64,000 nucleotides of DNA from Myxococcota bacterium (GCA_965223415.1 OZ245002.1:4160001-4224000); one strand, 5' to 3'; positions 38,842 through 49,825 are shown, counted from the first letter of the stretch. Numbers and translations: made by a program. The notes: generated by a model from the letters alone, not told the origin.

Positions 38842-38982
38842 ATCGGCCAAGGCGGCTCACCGACGATGGCCTCGATCTGCTGCATTCCCATCTCCAGGAT
38901 TCTCCTCTCTTCCGCAACGCCGAGCGCGGTAGCTGTCTCGTGGACGTCGCCGTGATGGCCGATCTCGTGCCCCTTGCGTAGA
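38842..38982 (-). pseudogene. Internal fragment of a polysaccharide deacetylase
   Basis: Minus-strand translation LRKGHEIGHHGDVHE...EERRILEMGMQQIEAIVGEPP, with no start or N-terminal domain. Confidence 0.5.
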
Positions 38983-39083
38983 TGGCTCCAGAGCCCGGGC
39001 GCGGAGCGTGATCGGACGGCCCGCGGCCTTCCGCCCCGGGCCCACGGCGGGTCGGATCGACCCTGTCCTGACCGCCAGCTCGC

Positions 39084-39776
39084 TCAGTCGCCGGTCGGCG
39101 TCGCAGCGGCCGTCGCGGCGAGGGCCTCCGGCGGGAGGTTCGCCGCCATGGCGGCTTCGTAGGCCGGGCGCGTCCGGATGCGCGCGACGTAGTCGTCCAG
39201 GGGCGCCGGCACCGGCGCCTTCACGAAGCGGGCCCACTCCAGGCAGGTCGTGAGGAGGAGGTCGGCGACCTGGAGGTGCTCGCCGAGCAGGCAGGGCCGG
39301 CCATCGGCCAGCCTCTTCGCCGCGACCGAGACCTGCCTCTCGAAGTAGCCGATCGACGACGCGACCGCGGCCGGCGCCTCGCCGTAGATCTCGGGAAGGC
39401 CGGCGTGGCGGCGCACGACGTAGAGCGCGGTCGCGTCCAGCTCCATGAGCACGAAGTGCACCCACTGGTCGTGGAGGCCGCGGTCCCGGGACCCGGCGGC
39501 GGGCTGGAAGCGGCCGGGGGCGTAGCGATCCGCCAGGTAGGACGTGATGGCCCCGCTCTCGGCCAGCACGAAGTCGTCCTCCACCAGCAGAGGGATCTTG
39601 CCGCGTGGATCGAGGGCGAGATACTCGGGCGTCCGGGTCTCCCCCGTCCGCGAGCCGATGGCGCGGCATGCGTAGTCGAGGTCGAGCTCCGCCAGCATCC
39701 AATGGACCCGGAGCGTGCGGGGCGTGCCGATGCCCCAGAGCGTGCGTTTTCGCACGGGGGCGACGGGGTCGGGCAT
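39084..39776 (-). CDS. Glutathione S-transferase
   Basis: PRTLRVHWML.EL, PRGKIPLL, ESGAI..YL, VADL. Confidence 0.88.
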   Translation of the reverse strand: MPDPVAPVRKRTLWGIGTPRTLRVHWMLAELDLDYACRAIGSRTGETRTPEYLALDPRGKIPLLVEDDFVLAESGAITSYLADRYAPGRFQPAAGSRDRGLHDQWVHFVLMELDATALYVVRRHAGLPEIYGEAPAAVASSIGYFERQVSVAAKRLADGRPCLLGEHLQVADLLLTTCLEWARFVKAPVPAPLDDYVARIRTRPAYEAAMAANLPPEALAATAAATPTGD

Positions 39777-39857
39777 CGGCGGTCTCCTCCTTCGGTGGAC
39801 AAGACTAGGCGACGCATCGATCGGGCGAGTCGCTAGCCTTCGGGAAGAGGGCGGGAC

Positions 39858-41009
39858 GTGAGCGGCGTCGGGAGCTTCGACTTCATCGTGATCGGCGCAG
39901 GGATCGCCGGCGCCTCGGCGGCCTACGAGCTGCAGCCCCACGGCGCGACGCTCCTGCTCGAGCGCGAGCCGCTGCCCGGCCAGCACACCACCGGGCGCTC
40001 CGCTGCCTTCCTGGTGGAGAGCTACGGCACCCGCACGGTGGGGCGCCTCACCCGAGGCGGCCGGGCGTTCCTCGAACGGCCACCGGACGGGTTCGCCGAG
40101 CATCCGCTGGTGACGCCGAGGCCCGTGCTGTGGGTCGCGCGCGACGATCAGCGCGAGAGCCTGGCGCGGGCGGCCCACGAGGGTCGCGACACCGGAGCCT
40201 CGATCGAGGCCGTCTCGCCCCGCGAGGCGAGGCAGCTGTGCCCGGCCCTCCGACCGGACTACCTGGCCGCCGCGCTCGTCGAGCCGAATGCCATGAGCAT
40301 CGATGTGGCGGGCCTGCTGGAGGGCTTCCTGCGCGGCCTGCGTCGCCGGGGCGGCGAGCTCGTCACCAAGGCCGACGTCGGCCGGATCGAGCGCGTGGCG
40401 GGGGCCTGGGAGGTCGAGGCCGGCGGTCGCCGCTGGCGTGCGCCGGTCGTCGTGAACGCAGCCGGCGCCTGGTGCGACGTGATGGCGGGGCTGGCCGGCG
40501 CGCGTCCGGTCGGTCTGCGGCCGCTGCGGCGCACCGCGGTCACCTTCGCCCCGCCCGCGGGCTGCGACATCCGCACCTGGCCCTGCGTGATCGACGCCGA
40601 CGAGGACTTCTACGTCAAGCCCGAGGGCGTGCAGCTGTTGGCGTCGCCCTGCGACGAGAGCCCTTCGGAGCCCTGTGACGCGGCGGCCGAGGACTACGAC
40701 GTGGCCCTGGCCGTCGATCGCGCGCAGCGGGCGCTGGACCTGGAGATCGTCAGCTTGTCCGGGCGCTGGGCGGGGCTGCGCAGCTTCGTCGCGGACCGCT
40801 CGCCGGTGATCGGCGCGGATCCGGAGCGGGCCGGGTTCTTCTGGCTGGCCGGGCAGGGCGGCTTCGGCATCATGACCTCTTCCGCCGCCGCCCGCGCCGC
40901 CGCCGGCCTGATCGTGGAGGGGCGCCTGCCGGACGACCTCGCTGCCCTGGGCCTCACTTCGCCAGATCTCTCGCCGGGGCGCGCCGCACTCTCCGCCTCG
41001 AGGAAGTGA
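39858..41009 (+). CDS. FAD-dependent oxidoreductase (DAO/D-arginine dehydrogenase-like)
   Basis: IGAGIAGAS, HTTGRSAA, VNAAGAW, WAGLRSF, GQGGFGI. Confidence 0.88.
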   Translation: MSGVGSFDFIVIGAGIAGASAAYELQPHGATLLLEREPLPGQHTTGRSAAFLVESYGTRTVGRLTRGGRAFLERPPDGFAEHPLVTPRPVLWVARDDQRESLARAAHEGRDTGASIEAVSPREARQLCPALRPDYLAAALVEPNAMSIDVAGLLEGFLRGLRRRGGELVTKADVGRIERVAGAWEVEAGGRRWRAPVVVNAAGAWCDVMAGLAGARPVGLRPLRRTAVTFAPPAGCDIRTWPCVIDADEDFYVKPEGVQLLASPCDESPSEPCDAAAEDYDVALAVDRAQRALDLEIVSLSGRWAGLRSFVADRSPVIGADPERAGFFWLAGQGGFGIMTSSAAARAAAGLIVEGRLPDDLAALGLTSPDLSPGRAALSASRK

Positions 41010-41056
41010 GGATTGTCCGATGGCGGGGGAGCGGCTCCCGGGCGTAGGATCCTCTC

Positions 41057-42850
41057 ATGATGACCCGATGGCTCCTCGTCCTGTGTGTGTGCGGGCTCGC
41101 GCTCGGCGCCCTTTCCGCTTGTGGCGATGGCGAGGGAGGGCTCGATGCGTCCCTCCCCACCGCGACCGATCCGGCCACCCTGCGCACGACCGGCCTGGGC
41201 CCGGTGGTGGGCGCGGTGACGCCCGCCGGCGCCCACGCCTGGCGCGGCATCCCTTTCGCCGAGCCCCCGGTCGGGGAGCTCCGCTGGCGTGCGCCCCGGT
41301 CGGCGACGGCCTGGTCGGGCACCCTCGAGGCACTCGAACATCCCCCGGCCTGTCCCCAGTACGCCGGTCTCGTGGCCGGACGCGACGGTGCCCAGCCCGG
41401 GGAGCTGACCGGCCAGGAGGACTGCCTCTACCTGAACGTGTTCGCGCCGGCCTGGGCGCCGGAGGCGGTGCCGGAAGGCGATGCCCGCGTGCCGGTGCTC
41501 GTTTGGATCCACGGTGGCGGCAACTCGATCGGCGACGCCGCGCCCTACGACGGCAGCGTGCTCGCGAAGGAGCACGGCGTCGTCGTCGTCGCCATGCACT
41601 ACCGGCTCGGCCCGCTCGGCTGGCTTCACCACCCCGCGTTGGCCCACGGCGGCTCGGCCGCGGACGCCTCGGGAAACTACGGCACGCTCGACCAGATCGA
41701 GGCCCTGCGCTTCGTCCGCGACCACATCTCCGCCTTCGGGGGCGACCCGGGCAACGTGACGATCTTCGGCGAGTCCGCCGGCGGCCGGAACGTCTTCACC
41801 CTCGTGCTCTCGCCGCTGGCCGGCGGGCTCTTCCACCGCGCGATCGCCCAGAGCGGCAGCGCCGGACTCACCCCGACGGACGAGGCCGGCCAGGCCATGG
41901 GCCGCGGGGGCCCGGACAACACGAGCAGCCGGATCGTCGCACGCCTGGTGCCGGACGCCTCCAGCGGCGACCTTGCGGCGGTCGCAGCGGCGTTGCGGGA
42001 GACCACTTCGGAGCAGGTGTTCGGCGCCGTCACCGGCGAGCCGCAGATGGGGATGGTCCGCTCGCCGCAGATCTTCGCCGACGGGCACGTGCTGCCCGCC
42101 ACGACGGCGCCCGCCGCCCTGGCGGCGGGCCACTACAACCAGGTGCCCTTCATCAGCGGCACGAACCGGGACGAGTCGAGGCTCTTCCTCTTCGGCGACC
42201 GGGAGCTGGTCCGCTGGTGGCTCGGCGTTCCCTGGGGCCCGCGGGATCCTGTGGCCTACGCGCGCATCGCCGACTACACGAGCCACTTCTGGAAGCTCCG
42301 GGCGGTCGACGAGCCCCTCCGGCACATGCGGGCGGCCCAGGGCCCGAGCGTCTATGGCTACCGCTTCGACTGGGACGAGGAGCCGCGCTTCCTGTGGCTC
42401 GACTTCTCGGAGCTGCTCGGCGCCGCTCACGCCCTCGAGATTCCCTTCGTCTTCGGCGGCTTCCGTCTCGGCTCGGCCACCCGCTTCGTCTTCGACGAGG
42501 AGGGTGCAGAGAGCCGCGAAGAGCTCGGACGCCGCATGCGTTCCTACTGGGCGCAGTTCGCGCGGACCGGCGACCCGGGGCGGGGCGTCGACGGAGACCT
42601 GCTCCGCTGGGAGCCCTGGAGCACGGAGCCCGACGCGGACCGCATGATCGTCTTCGACACCGAGCCGGACGGCGGCATCCGCATGACCCCGGAAGAGCTC
42701 ACCCAGCCGGGCCTGATCGGCCGGATCGCCTCGGACGCGCGCTTCGAGACCGCCGACGACCGCTGCAGGGTGCTGCGGGACGTGCGCGGGCCGAACGGAC
42801 GGCTCACGGAAACGGAGATCGCGGCAGGAGGGTGCACCACCGGGCCGTGA
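41057..42850 (+). CDS. Type B carboxylesterase, lipoprotein
   Basis: LSAC lipobox, EDCLYLNV, WIHGG, GESAG, GAAHALE. Confidence 0.92.
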   Translation: MMTRWLLVLCVCGLALGALSACGDGEGGLDASLPTATDPATLRTTGLGPVVGAVTPAGAHAWRGIPFAEPPVGELRWRAPRSATAWSGTLEALEHPPACPQYAGLVAGRDGAQPGELTGQEDCLYLNVFAPAWAPEAVPEGDARVPVLVWIHGGGNSIGDAAPYDGSVLAKEHGVVVVAMHYRLGPLGWLHHPALAHGGSAADASGNYGTLDQIEALRFVRDHISAFGGDPGNVTIFGESAGGRNVFTLVLSPLAGGLFHRAIAQSGSAGLTPTDEAGQAMGRGGPDNTSSRIVARLVPDASSGDLAAVAAALRETTSEQVFGAVTGEPQMGMVRSPQIFADGHVLPATTAPAALAAGHYNQVPFISGTNRDESRLFLFGDRELVRWWLGVPWGPRDPVAYARIADYTSHFWKLRAVDEPLRHMRAAQGPSVYGYRFDWDEEPRFLWLDFSELLGAAHALEIPFVFGGFRLGSATRFVFDEEGAESREELGRRMRSYWAQFARTGDPGRGVDGDLLRWEPWSTEPDADRMIVFDTEPDGGIRMTPEELTQPGLIGRIASDARFETADDRCRVLRDVRGPNGRLTETEIAAGGCTTGP

Positions 42851-42874
42851 GGCCGGAGGACCGGCGCTGGTTCA

Positions 42875-43804
42875 TCACCCGCCTTCCCGTTTCGGCGCCA
42901 ACGCCTCTTGGAGCAGCACCTCGAGGGTCTCGACCGCCTCGCGGTCGGCCTGGCGCCGCGCGGGTGTCTTCGGCATGCGCCCGCGGGCGGCGGCGATGCC
43001 CCGGGCCGCCACTCCCAGCCGGAAGCCGTCCGGGAAGTCGGCGGCGGCGAACAGGGCGTCGAACACGCCGCGCACCCGATCCTGGAGGGTGCGCGCCTCG
43101 TCGAGGTCGCCGCGGACGGTGGCGTCGTAGAGCGCGCGGGTCAGCTCCGGGACCACGCCGCTGCTGGCGTTGGTGCCGCCGTCGGCGCCCATCAGCAGCA
43201 TCGGGACGAGGGCCGGATCCCAGCCGGTCAGGAAGCTGAAATCCGGCCGCAGGGGGCGCACGGCCTGGATCATCTCCATCATGAAGGGCAGCTCGCCCGA
43301 GGAGTCCTTGATGGCGATGATGCGCGGACACTCGTCGGCGAGCCGTTGGATCGTCGGCACGTCGATCGGCGAGGCGAACATCGGGATGTTGTAGAGGGTG
43401 ACGTCGACGGGGGTGTGGTCGCCGATCTCCCGGAAGTAGGCGTAGACGCCGTCGGGCGACGTCCGGTAGTAGTGGGGCGAGACGATCGCTACGGCGCGCA
43501 CGCCGAGCTTGGCGTAGTGCTCGCATGCGCCAAGGGTCTCGCGCACGTCGGCCTCGGCGGCGCCGGCGAGGATGGGGACCCGGCCCGCGGTCTGGTCGAC
43601 CACGATCTCGATGACGCGGCGGCGCTCCTCCGGGGTGAAGCGCGTGAACTCGCCCGTCGAGCCGTTGGGGTAGAGGCCGTGGACGCCGTGATCGATCAAC
43701 CAGTCGACGTAGCGGCGCAGCTCGGCCTCGTCGACGCGCCGATCCTCGTCGAGGGGGACCACGTTGGGACAGAAGATACCGGACAGGTGCGTGGGCTCGT
43801 TCAT
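42875..43804 (-). CDS. DHDPS/NAL-family aldolase (candidate 2-keto-3-deoxy-L-fuconate aldolase)
   Basis: GSTGEF, LYNIP, IKDSSG; in an operon with fucose-type genes. Confidence 0.8.
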   Translation of the reverse strand: MNEPTHLSGIFCPNVVPLDEDRRVDEAELRRYVDWLIDHGVHGLYPNGSTGEFTRFTPEERRRVIEIVVDQTAGRVPILAGAAEADVRETLGACEHYAKLGVRAVAIVSPHYYRTSPDGVYAYFREIGDHTPVDVTLYNIPMFASPIDVPTIQRLADECPRIIAIKDSSGELPFMMEMIQAVRPLRPDFSFLTGWDPALVPMLLMGADGGTNASSGVVPELTRALYDATVRGDLDEARTLQDRVRGVFDALFAAADFPDGFRLGVAARGIAAARGRMPKTPARRQADREAVETLEVLLQEALAPKREGG

Positions 43805-44640
43805 GACCGCTCCTTTCCCAGAACGTAGGTGCGCCTGGCGTTCCCGCCGAGCACGGCGTCCCGGGCCGCGGGATCGAGCCCGGCCAGCAGCTCCTTGCTG
43901 GCCTCTTGCCAGCGCGCGTAGCCGCCGGCCGGGACCACCACTGGCCAGTCGCTGCCCCAGAGCAGCCGCTCCGGGCCGAAGCTCTCCAGCAGGTGGTCGA
44001 CGTAGGGCCGCAGGTCCCGGGCCGTCCAACCGGGCTTCGCTTCGCTCGCCAGGCCCGAGAGCTTGCAGCAGGCCTCGGTCTCGCGGGCGATGCGCGCCAG
44101 GTCGTCGGCCCAGGGCTGCCAGGCTCCGTCCCGGATGGCCGGCTTGGCGCCGTGGTCGACCACCGCCCGGAGTTCGGGATGGCGGCCCAGGAGTCGCAGC
44201 AGCGGCGGCAGGTGTCGCGGATGAACGAGGGCGTCGAAGCACAGTCCCAACGCGGCGACAGCCTCGAAGACCGGAGCCAGGGCCGGGCGCAGCATCCAGT
44301 CGGGATCCGGCAGGTCCTGGATCATCGGTCGCACGCCGACGCCCTTCGGATGCGCCGCCACCTGGGCGAGCTGCCCGTGGGCGTCGTCGGCCTCGAAGTC
44401 GATCCAGCCCACCACGCCGAGGACCCACGGCGTGGCCTCCGCCAGCCCCAGCAGGAAGCGGGTCTCCTCGAAGGTCGGCGCGGCCTGGACGACCAGCGTG
44501 GCGTCGACGCCCGCGGCGGCGAGCAGGGGGGCGAGATCCTCGGGCCCGTAGTCGCGGTAGAGGGCCCGCAGATCCGGCGTGAGCCAGCCGTAGTCGCCGC
44601 GATCGAGCTTCCAGAAGTGCTGGTGGGCGTCGATCCGCAT
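43801..44640 (-). CDS. Amidohydrolase (L-fuconolactonase-like)
   Basis: [32 protein letters not shown]. Confidence 0.85.
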   Translation of the reverse strand: MRIDAHQHFWKLDRGDYGWLTPDLRALYRDYGPEDLAPLLAAAGVDATLVVQAAPTFEETRFLLGLAEATPWVLGVVGWIDFEADDAHGQLAQVAAHPKGVGVRPMIQDLPDPDWMLRPALAPVFEAVAALGLCFDALVHPRHLPPLLRLLGRHPELRAVVDHGAKPAIRDGAWQPWADDLARIARETEACCKLSGLASEAKPGWTARDLRPYVDHLLESFGPERLLWGSDWPVVVPAGGYARWQEASKELLAGLDPAARDAVLGGNARRTYVLGKERS

Positions 44641-45671
44641 CAGCCCGCCGCTCCCGTCGGTGCATCCCGACGCAGCAGCCCCTCTTCCACGAGATCGCTC
44701 CACAGCGATGGGGGAATCGGTTGCGCCATGTGCTCGGCGTTCTGGCTCGCCTCGGCCGCGCTGCGCGCGCCGGGGATCACGCTCGCGACGATCGGATGAA
44801 GGAGCGGGAACTGGAGGGCCGCGCTGGCCAGGGGGACGCGGTGGGCTGCGCACACGGCGGCGATCGCCCGGGCGCGTGCGAGGACCTCCGGCGGCGCCGG
44901 CGCATAGTCGTAGCGGGCGCCTTCGCCCGGGGGGGCGGCCAGCAGGCCGGAGTTGAAGGGCCCACCCACGACGATCGACGTCCCGCGCTTCTCGCACTCG
45001 GGGAGCAGCCCGTCCAGGCCGCCCTGCTCGAGCAGGGTGTAGCGGCCCGCCAGCAGGATCACGTCCAGGTCCGCATGCCCCAACACCTCGAGGCACACCT
45101 CGCACTCGTTCACGCCCAGGCCGATCGCCCCGATGGAGCCCTCCGCGCGCAGCTCCTGGAGCGCGCGCAGGCCTCCGTCGAGGGCGACCCGGAGAAGCTC
45201 TCGGTGCCGGGGGCCGTGGGTCCGGGCGCCGACGTCGTGGAGCAGCAGCACGTCGACGTGATCGCGGCCGAGGCGGGCGCAGCTCGACTCGAAGGAGCGC
45301 ATCACCCCCTCGTGGGAGTAGTCGAAGACCGGATCGAAGGCGTGGGCCGCGACGAAGCCCTGGTCCTCGCGCGGGCCGCCCGGGCGGGGGACCAGCCGCC
45401 GGCCCACCTTCGAGGAGAGGGCGAAGGGCTCGTTGGCGGCGGCGAGGCCGCGCCCGAGCCGTTCCTCCGCGAGGCCGTAGCCGTAGTAGGGCGCCGTATC
45501 GAAGTAGCGCACGCCGCCGGCCCAGGCGGCGCGCAGCGTGCCCTCGGCGTCGGCGTCGGAGACCGGCGCGAACAGGTTGCCCAGCGCCGCTCCGCCGAAG
45601 CCCAGCGTCGTCACTTCGACCCGGGACCGCCCCAGGGGCCGGCGGGGCAGGGGACGCTTCGCTTCGGCCAC
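44640..45671 (-). CDS. Aldo/keto reductase (L-fucose/D-threo-aldose 1-dehydrogenase-like)
   Basis: [45 protein letters not shown]. Confidence 0.85.
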   Translation of the reverse strand: MAEAKRPLPRRPLGRSRVEVTTLGFGGAALGNLFAPVSDADAEGTLRAAWAGGVRYFDTAPYYGYGLAEERLGRGLAAANEPFALSSKVGRRLVPRPGGPREDQGFVAAHAFDPVFDYSHEGVMRSFESSCARLGRDHVDVLLLHDVGARTHGPRHRELLRVALDGGLRALQELRAEGSIGAIGLGVNECEVCLEVLGHADLDVILLAGRYTLLEQGGLDGLLPECEKRGTSIVVGGPFNSGLLAAPPGEGARYDYAPAPPEVLARARAIAAVCAAHRVPLASAALQFPLLHPIVASVIPGARSAAEASQNAEHMAQPIPPSLWSDLVEEGLLRRDAPTGAAG

Positions 45672-45696
45672 GGCGAGATCGTATACCCTCCTTGCG

Positions 45697-47007
45697 ATGG
45701 CGCGCATCGTCCGGCTGGAGACCTTCGATCTCCGCTTCCCGACCTCCGACGGGCTGGACGGCTCCGACGCCATGAATCCGGAGCCCGACTACTCGGCGGC
45801 GACCGTGGTGATCCACACCGACGTCCCGGGGCTGGAAGGCTGCGGGCTCGCCTTCACGATCGGGCGCGGCAATGAGGTGTGCGTCGCCGGCATCGAGGCC
45901 TACGCGCCCCTCGTGGTCGGCCGACGGCTCGACGAGATCGAGGCCGATCCGGGCCGCTTCTGGCGGGAGCTGGCCGGCGACAGCCAGCTCCGCTGGCTCG
46001 GGCCGGACAAGGGCGCCGTGCACCTGGCCCTCGCCGCGGTCACCAACGGGGTGTGGGACCTGCTGGCCAAGCGCGCCGGCCAGCCCCTGTGGCGCTACCT
46101 GGCGGAGCTGCCCGCCGAGACGCTGGTGGGCGCGGTCGACTTCCGGCACCTGCGCGACGCCATGGGCGAGCAGCAGGCCCTCGACCTGCTCGCGGCCGCT
46201 TCGGCCGGACGCGAGGCGCGCGAGCGGGAGCTCCGGTCCCACGGACATCCCGCCTACATCACGTCGGCCGGCTGGCTGGGCTACGACGACGGCAAGATCC
46301 GCGAGCGTTGCCGCGAAGCCCTCGGCCGCGGCTTCGACGCCTTCAAGATGAAGGTCGGCCGCGACCTGGAGGACGACCTCCGGCGGGCGCGCATCCTGCG
46401 CCAGGAGATCGGACCCCATCGCATGCTGATGCTCGACGCGAACCAGGTGTGGGGCGTCGAGGAGGCGATCGCGGCCATGGAGCGCCTGGCCGAGTGCGAT
46501 CCGCTCTGGATCGAGGAGCCGACCCACCCGGACGACGTGCTGGGACACGCGCGGATCGCCCGGGCGGTGGCACCGGTCCGCGTGGCGACCGGGGAGCACT
46601 GCGCCAATGCGGTGATGGTGAAACAGCTGCTCCAGGCCGAGGCCACCGGCTTCCTGCAGATCGACGGCTGCCGCCTCGGCGGTGTGAACGAGGTGATCGC
46701 GGCGCTCCTCCTCGCCGCCCGCTTCGACGTGCCGGTGTGCCCGCACGCGGGCGGCGTCGGCCTGTGTCAGCAGGTCCAGCACTGGTCGGTCTTCGATCGG
46801 CTTCGCGTGAGCCCGGACGGCCGCGACCGCCGCATCGAGTACGCCGACCACCTGCACGAGCACTTCCAGACCCCGCTGGTCGTCCGCGGCGGTGCCTATC
46901 GCCTGCCCGAGACGCCGGGCATTGGCCTCGACTTCCGCCCCGAGAGCCGGGCGCGCTACCGCTATCCGGACGGCGAGGTCTGGAAGGCTCGCCGGGGCGA
47001 GGAGTGA
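45697..47007 (+). CDS. L-fuconate dehydratase (enolase superfamily)
   Basis: RFPTS..DGSDAMNP.PDYSAA, FTIGRGNE, KMKVG, DANQ, WIEEP, TGEH, PHAGGVGLC. Confidence 0.92.
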   Translation: MARIVRLETFDLRFPTSDGLDGSDAMNPEPDYSAATVVIHTDVPGLEGCGLAFTIGRGNEVCVAGIEAYAPLVVGRRLDEIEADPGRFWRELAGDSQLRWLGPDKGAVHLALAAVTNGVWDLLAKRAGQPLWRYLAELPAETLVGAVDFRHLRDAMGEQQALDLLAAASAGREARERELRSHGHPAYITSAGWLGYDDGKIRERCREALGRGFDAFKMKVGRDLEDDLRRARILRQEIGPHRMLMLDANQVWGVEEAIAAMERLAECDPLWIEEPTHPDDVLGHARIARAVAPVRVATGEHCANAVMVKQLLQAEATGFLQIDGCRLGGVNEVIAALLLAARFDVPVCPHAGGVGLCQQVQHWSVFDRLRVSPDGRDRRIEYADHLHEHFQTPLVVRGGAYRLPETPGIGLDFRPESRARYRYPDGEVWKARRGEE

Positions 47008-47008
47008 C

Positions 47009-47458
47009 ATGCTGCGAACCACCCTGATCCACCCGGAGCTCTCCGCCGCCCTGGCGCGCGCCGGCCACGGCTCCCGCGTCCTGATCTCCGACGGCAACTA
47101 TCCCCACGCGACGGCGCACGGCCCCCGCGCGGAGCGAGTCTGGCTCAACCTCTCGCCGGGCGTGGTCACCGTCGCCCAGGCCCTTCGCGCCATTGCCTCG
47201 GCGGTGCCGATCGAGGCCGCCGCGGTGATGGACTGGAAGCAGGACGACTACGTGTCCGAAGATCCGCCGGTCTGGCGGACCTTCGCGCAGGTCCTCCGGG
47301 AAGAGGCGGCCTTCGCCGGCCCCTTCGAGCGCATTGCCCGCCCCGCCTTCTACGAGACCTGCCGCGGCGAGGACCTGGCCGTGCTCGTCGCCACCGGCGA
47401 TCAGGCGCTCTACGCGAACCTGCTGCTCACGATCGGCGTGCGCCCGGCGGAGAGCTGA
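47009..47458 (+). CDS. RbsD/FucU family mutarotase
   Basis: GHGS.VLI.DGNYP, R..FY, ATG....YAN.LL..GV. Confidence 0.88.
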   Translation: MLRTTLIHPELSAALARAGHGSRVLISDGNYPHATAHGPRAERVWLNLSPGVVTVAQALRAIASAVPIEAAAVMDWKQDDYVSEDPPVWRTFAQVLREEAAFAGPFERIARPAFYETCRGEDLAVLVATGDQALYANLLLTIGVRPAES

Positions 47459-47462
47459 GGCC

Positions 47463-47822
47463 CTAGAACGGGACGTCGTCGTCCGGCATCGGCGGGGCTC
47501 CTTCCCCCGCGAAGGGGTCCGCGGTGCCGGCCGCCTCTCCCGAGCGCTCCAAGGTCCAGACGTCGAGGGAGTTGAAGTAGCGGACGTCGCCCTTGGGGCT
47601 CGTCCACTCCCGGCCTCGCAGGCTGAACTCGACCCGCACCTCGTCGCCCACGGCGTGGCCGTCGAGCTGCTCGCAGCGATCGCCGGTGAGCTGGAAGATC
47701 ACGTACTGCGGGTACCGCGGGTTCTCGACCAGCTCGAGCACGAACTCGCGCAGGCGGAACCGCTCCGTCTTCTGCTGGGTGTCGAAGGTGGCGTGGATCC
47801 TTCCGGAGGCGTGCATCCTCAT
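47463..47822 (-). CDS. DUF3127 family (SSB-like OB fold) protein
   Basis: F..REFV, YPQ, GD.V.V.F.LRGREW, YFNSL..W, C-terminal DDVPF. Confidence 0.85.
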   Translation of the reverse strand: MRMHASGRIHATFDTQQKTERFRLREFVLELVENPRYPQYVIFQLTGDRCEQLDGHAVGDEVRVEFSLRGREWTSPKGDVRYFNSLDVWTLERSGEAAGTADPFAGEGAPPMPDDDVPF

Positions 47823-48245
47823 GCGCCCAATGTACCCCCGTCGGCGGGCTCGCGGGACGGGTCCGGCGCGGCGGCCCGCCCGCGCGGCAGAAGGCGCCCG
47901 TAGGTAGCGCAGCGCCACAGCCACTGGGCGGGCCGAAAGCGAAGGGGCGGAGCGAGGGCCGCGCCACCCACGCCTGCATCGCGAACACCGCCCGTTCCGT
48001 CATGTCGCGTGGCTCGACGACGCGCTCGTCCGGCGCCGGCCGGCCGAGGCCTGGGCCGGCACACCCCAGGTCGCGATCGACCTCCACACGCTCCTCAGCG
48101 ACGACGCCGCGGAGACCGAAGTGGCGGCCGTCCGGCACGGCGACGGGACCCTCCGCGTGCTGGGCACGGTCCGGACCGCCCCTCGGACCGAGCTCGGCAC
48201 CTCGCGAGCCGTGATCTGGGAGGCGCCTCTCGCCTCCTGAGGCCC

Positions 48246-48872
48246 CTACGGGCAGGGCCCCAGGGAATCGCCATGGGCCAGGTGGGCCTTCACGGCGGGG
48301 CTCGCAATCGAGATCGTCTTGGGGTCGCTCGGGTCGTGGCAGACCAGCGCCTTGTGGGACACGGCTCGTGCCGGAACGCGATCGGTGTCGACACTCACCT
48401 CGCCGGTCGCCCCGGTCGCCGTCTGGGTTCGGCTCACGGTCACGCCGGCTCCGCTCGCCTCGATCACCAGCACGCCCTGGATGTAGGCGGAGGCGGGCGG
48501 GCTGCCCCTGAAGTCGAAGTCGCTGCCCATCAGCTCCGCGCAGCTCACCTGGAGCGCCGCGCCCGCCGGCAGGGTGTCCTGCCGTGCCTCGGACACGTCG
48601 CCTGCACCGAGCGCGCCCGGCGGGAAGCTCAACGCGAGGCGCTGGATCAGCACCGCATCGACGTCGCTCGGGTTGTGCACGTCGATCGACACCGCGTAGT
48701 CGCCGGGCACGGCCCGCACCATGTCGGCTGCGTTCGTTCCGCAGGTGAAGGGAACCGAGAACTGCTGCCAGGAGAGCCTGAGCTTCTTCTTCTTGGCGAG
48801 GCCGGCCGTCGGCATCATCAATGCGAGGGCGACCAACACCGAGCAGCTCGCGACCAGGACACTTCGGAGCAT
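48246..48872 (-). CDS. Secreted hypothetical protein with C-terminal Cys/His module
   Basis: Signal peptide; F.CG, PG.Y...I..HNP; tail VCH...TISI...A..AHLAHGD.LGPC. Confidence 0.65.
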   Translation of the reverse strand: MLRSVLVASCSVLVALALMMPTAGLAKKKKLRLSWQQFSVPFTCGTNAADMVRAVPGDYAVSIDVHNPSDVDAVLIQRLALSFPPGALGAGDVSEARQDTLPAGAALQVSCAELMGSDFDFRGSPPASAYIQGVLVIEASGAGVTVSRTQTATGATGEVSVDTDRVPARAVSHKALVCHDPSDPKTISIASPAVKAHLAHGDSLGPCP

Positions 48873-48970
48873 GGCTCTCTCCTCCCGAACGATCGGTATG
48901 AAGAGGGCGTGTCGGCCATCACGGCGGGCGACTGGACCCCGCGGGGAAGGGCGTGGAGCGTCCAGGGTAC

Positions 48971-49759
48971 TCAGCCGGAATCCGCTGTCGCTTGCAGGTG
49001 CCGAGCGACGTCCGCATTCGACGGCAGCTTCCGCGTCGACGTGCCGCCGTCGATGTTGATGACCTGGCCCGTGATGTAGGAGGCGTCGTCGCTGGCGAGC
49101 CAGAGCACGGTCTGGCTCACGTCGTCCGGCTGGCCCATGCGGCCGATGGGTGTCTGCTCCAGGAACGCGGAGGTGACGGCGGGGATGGCAAGCAGGTGGG
49201 CGGTCATCGGCGTCTCGATGACGGACGGCGCCACCGCGTTGACGCGCAGGCCGTCGGGCCCGTACTCGCTCGCGGCGACGCGGGTCACGTGGTTGATGCC
49301 GGCCTTGGCGCCGGCATAGGCCGCGTAGTTCTCCGGGGGCAGCACGCCGGTGAGCGAGGAGATCGTGATGAGCGATCCGCCGCGCTCGAGCACGGCCGCC
49401 AGGTGCCGCAAGAAGTAGACGGCGCCGGTGAACTGCACGGCGACCATCGGCTCGAGGGTCTCCGGGGTGATGTCGCGGATGGCCGTCTGCTGCTCGAAGC
49501 CGGCGGAGTTGACCGCCACGTGCACCGGGCCCAGCGCCTCGGCGGCTCCCACGGCGAGGGCCGCCAGGCTCTCGAAGTCGGTGATGTCCGCCGCGATCGG
49601 GATGGCGCCGATCTCGGCGGCGGCCGCCTCCAGCCGGTCCACCCCGCGGCCCGAGATCACCACCCGCGCTCCTTCGTCGACGAAGGCCTTCGCCAGGTGG
49701 AGCCCCAGCCCGCTCGAGCCTCCGGCCACCACGACCCCCCGGCCGTCGAATTTTCCCAT
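48971..49759 (-). CDS. Short-chain dehydrogenase/reductase
   Basis: GGSSGLG, VNSAG, YAGAK, RVNAVAP, TGQVINIDGG. Confidence 0.92.
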   Translation of the reverse strand: MGKFDGRGVVVAGGSSGLGLHLAKAFVDEGARVVISGRGVDRLEAAAAEIGAIPIAADITDFESLAALAVGAAEALGPVHVAVNSAGFEQQTAIRDITPETLEPMVAVQFTGAVYFLRHLAAVLERGGSLITISSLTGVLPPENYAAYAGAKAGINHVTRVAASEYGPDGLRVNAVAPSVIETPMTAHLLAIPAVTSAFLEQTPIGRMGQPDDVSQTVLWLASDDASYITGQVINIDGGTSTRKLPSNADVARHLQATADSG

Positions 49760-49825
49760 GGGTTCTCCTCGTCTCGCTGCCGACACCGGTCAGCCGCTCG
49801 TGACCCTTCTCGCGGCGGATGCGGT

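Noticed and set aside
43801..47097. Very long ORF-track entries (1098, 1074, 1051, 923, 917 aa) as giant proteins
   Set aside because: GC-rich stop-poor frames: real genes with spurious upstream extensions, or antisense shadows.
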